A DNA stretch of 64,000 nucleotides from Octopus sinensis (taxonomy: Eukaryota). Shown here one piece after another: positions 54,151 through 64,000 of this stretch (position 1 is its first letter; every line of letters starts with the position of its first letter). The translations under genes and the position numbers were made by a program. The stretch covers positions 62,001-126,000 of the forward strand of contig NW_021836143.1 in NCBI RefSeq assembly GCF_006345805.1, read 5' to 3'. The notes beneath the pieces were generated by a model. That model ran no database searches, was not told the DNA's origin, and worked only from the letters and a program-made list of their open reading frames with translations.

Positions 54151-54919
54151 TATGTATATGTATATAAACGTAAGTGTACATATTACTATTTGCAAGAATG
54201 TATGCATTTATAAGTGAAAATGCATTGGCGTACATTTATTGGTAAGATCATGTACAGATGCCTGTTTATAGTAGTAAGAATATCTGCATGTTATGTGTGT
54301 AAATATGCACCCAGCGGTAAGGGATTACGTAGTTTATGTAGACTGCAAATTATTTTCTCGAAAAGCTAAGATGACTGATTGGAAATCCATTATGAGTGAG
54401 TATTCACTCCAGTCTGATAACTGAAGTAGTTAGAAATGACCAAAATACTTCCATGCATTTAATCTGGCTTATAGGTTCTAATTACAGTGTTTAGCTTTTA
54501 ATAGGTGAGTTAGCTTACTGTCTTTTTGGCATCACTATGATTATCATCCAGTAATATTGGTAATATAACTCCCATTTTCTTGTATGGACTGAATAGTTTC
54601 TACTTATCGGCTATTCCATTAATTCTTGATAGTCTATTGCTATTTACATGCATATCATCATCATCATCATCATGTATCATTTGTTTAGTATTCATCTTTC
54701 AATAGTGACATGTTCGTACATATGCAAATTACAATATTTTTCTATATGCCTCAATCTTTAATCATCCTATTCATGAAACTCAGCATTCTGAGGCCCTATT
54801 TACGGAACATTCAGTTTTACTTGAATATACAAATTTATGAGAGAAAGAAATTAGAAATTTGAATTATATTCCTAAATGTGCTTATCATGAGTTGTTACAG
54901 AAAAGATAATTATTTATTC

Positions 54920-55137
54920 GATCGTGGCCGTCTGCCAGCCCCATCTGGCACCTGTGCCGGTGGCATGTAAAAAGCACCCACTACACTCACGGAGTGGTTG
55001 GCGTTAGGAAGGGCATCCAGCTGTAGAAACACTGCCAGATCAGACTGGGCTTGGTGCAGCCTTCTGGCTTCCCAGACCCCAGTGGAACCGTCCAACCCAT
55101 GCTAGCATGGAAAGCGGATGCTAAATGATGATGATGA
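54920..55137 (+). mobile_element. 5'-truncated family-B SINE
   Basis: aggaagggcatccagctgtagaaac...accgtccaacccatgctagcatggaaagcggatgctaaatgatgatgat. Confidence 0.88.
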
Positions 55138-58001
55138 TAAAAAAATATTAATACAGATATAATACACTTTTCTGATTTAACCTTGTCTTGTTTCTAAAAT
55201 ACTTATGAATGGGATGTTCTTTGCTGCAATCAGATACTTCAGCTTAAATTGAACTTATTCAGACATCTGAATTTACAAAGACACTTTACTGCACCATAGA
55301 ATCAACCACTATGATAATGAAGATGGTGACAGCATCTCTTATTTAATATTAGAGAAAAGGAAATGTGATGCTTCCATACCTTTCTTAAAATTACAAGATA
55401 ATGTAGATAACATTGATTGTTTCAAAACATTATCTGCCTGCCTACCTACATACCTATCTATCTAGCTACACACAGATGCAAATATACAAAGGAAGACAGG
55501 CAGACAGATACATATTTTGTATTAATAGCTCTGTTCAGAAGAAATAGGAGGAAAAAAAGTGACTTTCTGTTTACCTAGACATGAAATTGCATAACTAGTC
55601 CATATCTCATTGTATGCTAACTTCTTGATGCATAATTAATGATAGAATCAGAGTTGCAAGTTAGGTAAGCTAAGTCTTAAATATAATATATAATAATTGT
55701 AATAGTAATAGTCTATGGCAACTGTCTTGAGAGACAGTGGAGTTTTGCCTCACTGATTAATTAAGATTCAGGTTGTACCCCAACAGCTGATGGGCAAGTG
55801 ATTTCTCTATTCTTGTTGCCTCTTTCCCCAGTTGAATACAAGTGATACCTCTAAGGTGTGAACTTAGTCTCTTTGAAAGGCTTTCTTGAGTTACCCAGAA
55901 ATCAAAAACATTTTTTGAGGCTCATTAATGAACTCCTGATTAGCATGTTTGGTACCAATTTGGTTGCAGGAATTAATAAAGTATAAAGGAATCTACTCTT
56001 GGTTTATGATAAGGTTTACTACCTTACCCTTGTCTCACAAGGTGTAAGGCTTTTAGCTGGGTATCTAACCTGGGACAGTGTCTCATATATGGTACCCTCA
56101 GCAAAAGCCAGATAATCTCTGGACTTATTTCATGCAGGATTATCATGCATCAAAGAAGTGGCCGAGGTACTACCCACTCTTTTATAAAATAATTAGTGTA
56201 TGTTAGTAACATTTTTGTGACATATTACAAGTACTTATTTCATGAAAGTTAAAATCAACTTAAGATTTGAATAACATTGTAGGGAGATAGCATGCTACTG
56301 TTTCTGCCCTGTCTACTTAGCTGTCATTAATATTGGCAGTACTAATGATAAGAATAACAGCATTCTCATAATTAACTATAAGTCATTAGAAAGAGTGGGA
56401 GGACTATTTAAATTTATGGCATTCACTTTATATCAATCACTACAACTCCTAATTCTCAGTGGTACTAGTTCAAAAACAGCAATACCATAAATAGCAATAA
56501 AAATATTCGTATAGCCATACAGTCAGTGATTGTAATCATGAATGCAAACACATGTACACACACACGACTGCATATATATATATATATATACATGTGTGTG
56601 TGCTTATATATGTCTTATGTATATATAAAACACACACAAGTACATATATACTGATTTTCTTTAGTTGGACAGTTTTGAAGCTGTCGTTCCAAAAGTTTGG
56701 GTTATAAGGGGTGTCTTAAAAATTAATTGATTCCATTAGCTGGTAAGTGATGACTGACACACACTTTAGCACTTCAAAATATGGAAATAAATTTTCATTA
56801 GTCAATGATTTATTTACACCAAAGAAAAAAAAAATCCTTATTTAAATGTACTGAACCAAAATATCCTTTGAACAGTAGTAACATTTCAGAAAATTATGCC
56901 TGCTTTCAAGTAAAGATTGTGCATAAAAGTGATGACATTCAGTTTGCTAATGACTAGATAACATCAACACAAGCAAAGTAGATACATTTCTTGAAGGATG
57001 TGTCACGTCAAAGAACAACATCCATTATACATGTTGTTTTGTATTAGTACATTAAAAAAACTCAAATATAGATACATCCAAAGTGATTTAAAAAATGTTA
57101 CCATTTAAGTGCTTACATCTGTTTACGGCTATTGTAAAGAAATAGTTCTCTGGTAAAGAGATTCTTCCTGTCAAAGGGTCTCCTTTAGACAATTGCAGTG
57201 TCTTTACATTTCTTTTCTGCTTTGCTTCCTTTTATTTTGATACAGGTAGTAGAAAAGGACACACAAAACAAGGTACACAGTTTATGATATTAGTTTAAAG
57301 CTAGAAAGAAGTTTGGGGCAGTGGCTCTTCTTCAAAGAAAAGCAGAGAAGAAAATCAGAAATATAAGTAATGAAAAAACAGGAAGAGAAAAAATAATCCC
57401 ATTGAACGATATTACAGAATTAGTCAAAGAGGTATGGACATGTGTGTGTGTGTATTTATGTTTGTATGGGGATGGTGTGAGTTCAAATAGGTGTGTGGGT
57501 GTGCATGCATTGCTATATGGAATCAATGGTGAATGGAAGAAAGTGAAGAAATTAGATTTCACTAAAGAGAAGCTTAAAGGGAGACAATGGGTTGGAGTCA
57601 GTAGTTATTTGGTAAAGAGAAGTATATTTAAATGTGGATATAGAACTACAGAAACAGGCTTAATGTGTATGGTGTACACATTCATGTGCACATAGGGCTA
57701 TGTGTATGTGTAGGGTAGTGTACATATGTATGTGGGTAATGGAGGGTGTATTCATAAATGTTGTCTGTATATGTTTTTGTAGGTTTCCTTGTATGTTCCT
57801 TGTATGTTCTGGAAGTGCACTGCAGTGAGTGTGTGCATCTGTAGTGCAATTTGCGTATGCTGTATTTGTTCAAATAGGTGTGTATGTGTGCATATGTGTA
57901 AGTGCATGTAGTGTGTTGCTGTGCAGCAATATAGTGGATGGAAATGAGGTGGCGTTTATATGTAGGGAACAGAAATGTAATAGTGTGTATTTATTGCTGT
58001 T

Positions 58002-58390
58002 GGAGGCGCAATGGCCTAGTGGTTAGGGCAGCGGACTTGCGGTCGTAGGATTGCGGTTTCGATTCCCAGACCGGGCGTTGTGAGTTTTTATTGAGCGAAA
58101 ACACCTAAAGCTCCACGAGGCTCCGGCAGGGGATGGTGGTGATCCCTGCTGTACTCTTTCACCACAACTTTCTCTCACTCTTTCTTCCTGTTTCTGTTGT
58201 ACCTGTATTTCAAAGGGCCGGCCTTGTCACTCTCTGTGTCACGCTGAATATCCCCGAGAACTACGTTAAGGATACACGTGTCTGTGGAGTGCTCAGCCAC
58301 TTACACGTTAATTTCATGAGCAGGCTGTTCCGTTGGTCGGATCAACCGGAACCCTCATCGTCGTAACCGACGGAGTGCTTCCATTCCATT
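58002..58390 (+). mobile_element. Full-length young tRNA-derived SINE (family D) with 13-bp TSD
   Basis: A box tggcctagtgg, B box ggtttcgattcc, (CCATT) tail. ATTTATTGCTGTT flanks both sides (57989-58001, 58388-58400). CpG-rich. Confidence 0.93.
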
Positions 58391-58617
58391 TATTGCTGTT
58401 ATAAATGGAACATCTTGGCATGTGTATCTGTGTTGTGTAGAAGTATGAATATAGATAGATATAGCAAGAGGAAAGCGAAGCAGTTGTTTAGCCCATGTGA
58501 GGGAACTGTTTGAAAGGGAAAAATAAGTTTTACGGAGATGTACTCGCATAGCAAGTGATTTGATCTGAGATCGTGTGCTGGAACAAAAACAATTGCCGCG
58601 CGGAAGGTGTTTGTAAG

Positions 58618-58846
58618 CCATTTAAGAAACACACAAAAGCCGTTCGATTCACTTCAACATTTAAGTTTAATTTGTCAAAATATTTTCGTCGCTTTAAGAC
58701 TGCGACCTGTTCACTGACAAAAATCCGTGCTGCATCTTGGATTTTTGTCAGTGAACAGGTCGCGGATTTTAGCAACGAAAATATTTTGACAAATTAAACT
58801 TAAATGTTGAAGTGAATCGAACGGCTTTTGTGTGTTTCTTAAATGG
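58618..58846. mobile_element. Palindromic element, ~108-bp arms, 12-nt loop, each arm with a hammerhead-like fold
   Basis: 58618-58726 versus 58739-58846: near-perfect reverse complement. Confidence 0.93.
58671..58721 (-). ncRNA. Candidate minimal type-I hammerhead ribozyme, G3-C8 core variant
   Basis: UUUGUCA-GUGAACA-G-GUCGC[AGUCUUAAA]GCGAC-GAA-AAUAUU-U-UGACAAA: 7-bp stem I, 5-bp stem II, palindromic stem-III substitute. A mirror copy lies on + at 58744-58793 with one stem-II mismatch. Confidence 0.65.
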
Positions 58847-59049
58847 TTCGAAAAATAAGTTGTTAATGTTGTAAGCATGATAGGGGAAAATCATGGTTGT
58901 AGAGGAATACAAATGACAGAGAAGTACCAAGAGGTACAGTTAATGTGTGGAAGCGACAATCTACAGATGTTCCACCTTGAAGGTATCCTGAACCAATCAA
59001 TTCGTCTCCTTAAGTACCCGCACCTACATGCAGCAGGCCTCAACCAGAT

Positions 59050-59720
59050 TTGTAACAAAAGGTTGTAGCAAAATATACAGTCAGCTTCAGAACAAAAGAT
59101 AGTTGCACAGGTGAACTGATCTGTTATGTGGCAGAAGACATTGGGTCTTCTTTGGATGGTAGTATTTAGCATGAATGAATAAATGGATGGAAGCACTCCG
59201 TCTGAATAAATATGGCTGTAGAAATAGGAATAGACAAAGAATTCAGACTGAAAGTGTGGAAAACAGGAGGAATTGCAGACCAGTAAGCTGAGATGAAGCA
59301 TTCAGGTCAGAGATAAAAAGTAATGGGAGTCTAAATAGATGAGTTGGAGGTGCAGCTAGATGTTGAACTTGAAAGATAATATCAGTAGGAAAGAGAAATG
59401 AAATGAGAAGGCAATTGGTGGTGGGGCAGACATATGGTAACAAAGTCAGGTGTAATTTATAAAATATTGCAAGCATGGACTTAGGCATAATCTTCAAGAA
59501 TAATCAACAGACCAAGCATTAAGACAAGGCATCAAAATCAGAATTGTCGCTAATGGCTAAAGACGTGGAGGAATCAGTAGGGAATGGCAAATTTGGTGTG
59601 GTGCATAATTCCTGAAAAAATGGCTGGATGGTTATGACTTGAATGCCTTTGATGAGTCTAATCAATTAGGGATAATTTAAGAAAATGCGTGAGCACTGCA
59701 TGGAGAATTAAATAAATTAA
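59050..59720 (-). mobile_element. Probable CR1/Jockey-like LINE relic (endonuclease-RT linker region)
   Basis: Same strand composition as 36960-37735. Only weak motif remnants (IYSDG..., PNVF.HI). Confidence 0.35.
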
Positions 59721-60037
59721 TTATTAGCTAGTTAGATGAAATGATATTGCAAATAACCATGATCACAAAATAGGAAGAAATATGTAAATGATTTTATTTC
59801 TAACTGATTGATCAGAAAATGAAATTTATCTTCCAAGTCTGTTTAAATTATTTTGAAATTGATTGATTCTGTTCTCGCAATTTAATAAGTCTGTTATTGT
59901 AGGCGTACAATAAATGTGAATACATTAGACAGTAAAATTCGAACCCAAAGAATTTATTGAAATGATTACAACTACTAAAACATTTTGTTTGATTATTACG
60001 AATTAATATTTACCCTAAAAGAAAACATTTCAATGTA

Positions 60038-60103
60038 TTAGTATAGTGGTAAGAATCCCCGCCTGTCACGCGGGAGACCGGGGTTCAATTCCCCGCCGGG
60101 GAG
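60038..60103 (+). pseudogene. 5'-truncated tRNA-Asp(GTC) retrocopy
   Basis: ttagtatagtggtaagaatccccgcctGTCacgcgggagaccggggttcaattccccgccggggag matches eukaryotic tRNA-Asp. The 5' acceptor strand (TCCTCG) is missing and there is no poly-T terminator. Confidence 0.88.
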
Positions 60104-60116
60104 GCTAACAAATTAT

Positions 60117-60316
60117 CCGTGCCGGTGGCACGTAAAAAGCACCCACTACACTCATGGAGTGGTTGGCGTTAGGAAGGGCATCCAGCCGTAGAAACATTGC
60201 CAGATCAGACTGGGCCTGGTGCAGCCTTCAGGCTTCCCAGACCCCAGTTGCACCGTCCAACCCATGCCAGCATGGAAAGCGGACGCTAAACGATGATGAT
60301 GATGATGATGATGATG
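60117..60316 (+). mobile_element. 5'-truncated family-B SINE fused behind the tRNA-Asp copy
   Basis: Family-B body with a long (GAT)n tail. Confidence 0.9.
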
Positions 60317-61867
60317 TATTATGTGTTATAAAGCTAATTTTAGTGACTATTATATTATTTTGTGAAGCATTATCTTCAGCATGATTCTAGAATTCGATTA
60401 CCATGGCTTATATATTTATATAATGTTCATATCTCTATATAAGAAGTTGTTTCTTCATTAAAGAATTATTCCAAAGTCTTTAACCTCTTCCAATAACAAA
60501 TAAAAGGTAGATTACAGGACTGAATTCCTTAGAAATGAATGAATGGTTGACTTATAGACTTACTGTGCCTATATTTAACCTTATATAATAATGCAACTAA
60601 AGAATGAAATACAGGAAGAAGGTGAAATTGAGATCAGAGTATGAAGGATATGATCAGCAATTGTTCACTAGCAGATAAATTATAGATTATATTTATTGAG
60701 GGTAGGGAATAAGAGCAGGTCAAATCACTGCAGATGCAATAAATATAATTTTACAAGGTAAATAATTTACAAAGATGAGAATTTACATGTAATAATAGTT
60801 TAATAAGGAACGCTTACGCAACTAAGATATAACTATACAAAACTGAAGACTCGGTGTAGTGCATATTGAAGTAATCTTTTAACTATGGAATGTTAAAGGG
60901 CACTTCAACTTAATAAAGTTGTAGGGCATCTTGTCTCTATGACCACTTTCATCTAACTGCCTAGCAATATAACTTGCTCTACATCCATACATATATATAT
61001 ATATATATGCATGTGTGTGTATGCATGTATCATCATCATCTTTTAAACATCAATGTTCCTATTGGCATGGGTTGAACAGTATAGCAAGCTATAATGGGTT
61101 CAAGGACTGCATTGTGCTTCACTGTCTACTTTGGTATGATCTCTTTGTCTGGTTGCCATTCCTAATACCAACCACCTTACTATATGCACTGAGGGCTTTT
61201 CCAAAGAAGCAGCATTAGAGAGGTTGCCATGTAGCTTGCAGGAATATGAAATTCAAAATTGCCAGGAGATGAAGGGTTTAATTATGATAGAAGGAGCAAG
61301 ACTAGAACAAGTTTCTCGCAGTAGAAGTGCTACATGTCTTACTCGCATTTTAGAAAGGGGGGATTCTGACATGTAATTCTGAAAGAAAATTAGTTGCAAT
61401 ACCTGTTTAACAATCAAGGTTTTCCTATCAAGATTATGAAAATAAAAATACCATTATCACTCTGAGAAAGAATCCTCTGTAATAATAATAATAATCATCA
61501 TCATCATCATCATCACAATCATGATCATAATCATCATCATTATTTAGTTTCCCATACAGATGACATGATCTAGTGAGCTACAGGGTTGTATTAACACCCA
61601 ATGTCAGTATTGGCATGGTTTTTTACGGTTGGATACCCTTCCTAATGTCAAACCCTTTACAATGTGTACTGGGTACTTTTATCATGCATCTGGTACTAGA
61701 GAATTGACCAAGTAACTTGCAAGACAGAAAAAGAACAGGGCAAAAGCACCTTCTTGTCTAAGTTAGGGAAGCAACCAAATACATATTAACATCTACTGTT
61801 TCCATTAATTCGTAAATAACTTGTTCACATTAATACATGCAGCAATTATTTACAAAATACATGTGCT

Positions 61868-62102
61868 GGCACAGGTGCCAGATGAGGCTGGCAGATCGTG
61901 GCTGTCTGCCAGCCTCGTCTGGCACCTGTGCCGGTGGCACGTAAAAAGCACCCACTACACTCTCAGAGTGGTTGGCGTTAGGAAGGGCATCCAGCTGTAG
62001 AAACACTGCCAGATCAGACTGGGCCTGGTGCAGCCTTCTTGAACTGTCCAACCCATGCTAGCATGGAAAACGGACGTTAAATGATGATGATGATGATGAT
62101 GA
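61868..62102 (+). mobile_element. 5'-truncated family-B SINE with a 28-bp foldback at its 5' end
   Basis: 61868-61895 pairs with 61905-61932 (one mismatch). The body runs on to a (GAT)n tail. Confidence 0.88.
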
Positions 62103-64000
62103 CACTAATTATATTTTAGATATTGATATGGGCTTCAGTTCTAAAATGAAACATGTTTGTATATTTACAATGAGGAATCTTTCATTTCTACACTTAGACT
62201 TTTGAGAATAAACAATATCTGTTATATGTTTTATTCCAGGTATTGCATTGTGTGGCTCTTCAAGATTCATTGTGTCAAGTAAAACATAAATTATCTCCTT
62301 GAATGTAACAGCTTAGAGATAAGCTTTCTACCAATGAATTATTACGATTTATCCACTCAATTCTGCAAAATAACTAGAAATGTCTCAAAGAGTTAAAATG
62401 ATTAAAAAGGTGATTATTCAATCCATTTTACATGCACATTCATCTGGTAGTTAAACAAAAAAAAAAAAAAAAACCTTCTATGTGAAAAGTTACCATTTGG
62501 TATATCTGAGAGGCAAGTCCCATTAATCTAACATGTCTTAGCCTCCAAGTCTTTCAGTAAGTCAGTGTTTTGATTTATAATCACAGTGGCTGATGCATTT
62601 CAGTAGATTCAAATAGCAAAAGTAAACTTATATTAAAGCTACTGAGTAAATTAAATGATATTAACAGAGATACAATTATTTTTTGAACACTGTGAATTTA
62701 GAGTAAAGATTTTTGCCAGCATGACATGACAGTCCTGGTTTAGGACGAATGTTGCTGTAATTTAGCCCCAGGAGACATCGTCTCCAGCTGGCTATACGAC
62801 ACGATCTGTGTCCTTATATTTTCAAACAAGGGAATCTAGCACCCCCACTCAGTTTAAAACAATATTTGTGTATCGCGATTTCCAGGTTATTTCCTTTCAT
62901 CAGCACAGAATAATTGTTCGGCTAGAGGTGGCGCTGCCAAATTCGCATTCAAAATATATAGTTTTCAAAGTAATAACTAGTCACTAATCAATAAATTGAA
63001 TTGTGAATTTAGTCAAAAGCAGGTAATTTTGAAGTAAAAGACTTGAAGAATTATAGCATTAAAATAGCGATTTGTGTACCACTGGAAGGCATGATGTTGT
63101 GGTGTTAGTTTGAGTGATCTCTTCAAAGATATGGTGTGTTAAAGACACAATTTTATATCAAAGTGAGGCAGATATCATCTCAGCAAGTGACTCATGAAAA
63201 CACTAGATATGTTTCAGCCTTGTTGGGTCTTATCAATGACATGTACCTTGCTGTTATGTACCTAGTTGAAATGTGTCCTCTTTGATATTCAATGAACTGA
63301 ATATTCACTGATATTGTAGAAAGCTTGTCAGGCTGAATAAAATTGGTGAATATACACTATTGTTATATGTGATGTGGATTTTGTCTGAAATAAAAATCTG
63401 TTGATAGATGTATTGAAAGCACAATATATATTGAAATGAGTTGAACATTGTCCCAACAGTGATTCGCAAGAATGTCACATGTGTTTTGGCTTTCTTGAGC
63501 ATTGTAAATAATGTAAACTTATTTGTGCACCAAGTTTCATTCAGCCAAGCCAGTGTGTCATTGACAAGGCCAAAAAAGGTCACAATATGTCAAACATTCT
63601 TGTGAGTTACTGCTGGGGTAATGCTCACCTTGCTCCAATATATACTGTGTTTTTAACACAACGTGTACAAAGAGATCTTTCTCTTGGACAAAACCACAAA
63701 GTCATTTTAATGGTGAATATACATTAGGTACGGTACACAGATGACAGTCTTAATTTAATACAGTTTCAATTGTGTACACTGAGCATATCATTATACTAAC
63801 AGTTAACAATCAACTTAGATAAGATAAAATTTCTAGCTTTATCATATAAAAGTAATGAAAGCTATTTTCCTCTTTGGTAGTTTTGCATTGGGGAAATTGT
63901 AGCATCAAATCATTGCTCTGAAAAACGACCACTAAAGAGTTCAATGATTTGCCTACATAAGTGTTTGAAAGTCATAAGCATTATACGTTGTAAACAAGAT

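Noticed and set aside
57321-57695. 124-aa plus-strand ORF
   Set aside because: Low-complexity purine and (TG)n-rich sequence, no domain motif, no splice context.
63196-63240. Decayed hammerhead-like string on minus (TTGATAA-gacc..ggct-GAAACATATC)
   Set aside because: Two core changes and imperfect stems; it cannot be told from chance without a family consensus.

Overview
AT-rich, repeat-dense animal genomic DNA. The SINE and microsatellite landscape looks like coleoid cephalopod, probably Octopus; this is inferred from recognising the repeats. Only one host gene is supportable: two minus-strand phase-1 exons (34159-34308 and 26283-26411) that splice into one complete Ig domain of a lachesin/DIP/IgLON-like adhesion protein. 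The second exon has a tandemly duplicated, in-frame alternative acceptor. I could not confidently locate the other exons, so most of the window is probably intron or flank. The rest is mobile-element debris: a mariner relic, RTE, CR1/Jockey-like and R4-like LINE relics, five SINE families, hAT MITEs with TSDs, Helitron/Helentron derivatives and microsatellites. The most unusual signal is a set of long palindromic elements whose arms carry Penelope-type minimal hammerhead ribozyme folds. One has a compensatory G3-C8 core (58.6-58.8 kb), one sits behind divergent tRNA-like Pol III promoters (42.5-43.0 kb), and a single non-palindromic A6U variant lies at 27.0 kb. A tRNA-Asp/SINE chimeric retrocopy has its own TSD. 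All coordinates were counted by hand and degraded-repeat boundaries are approximate.
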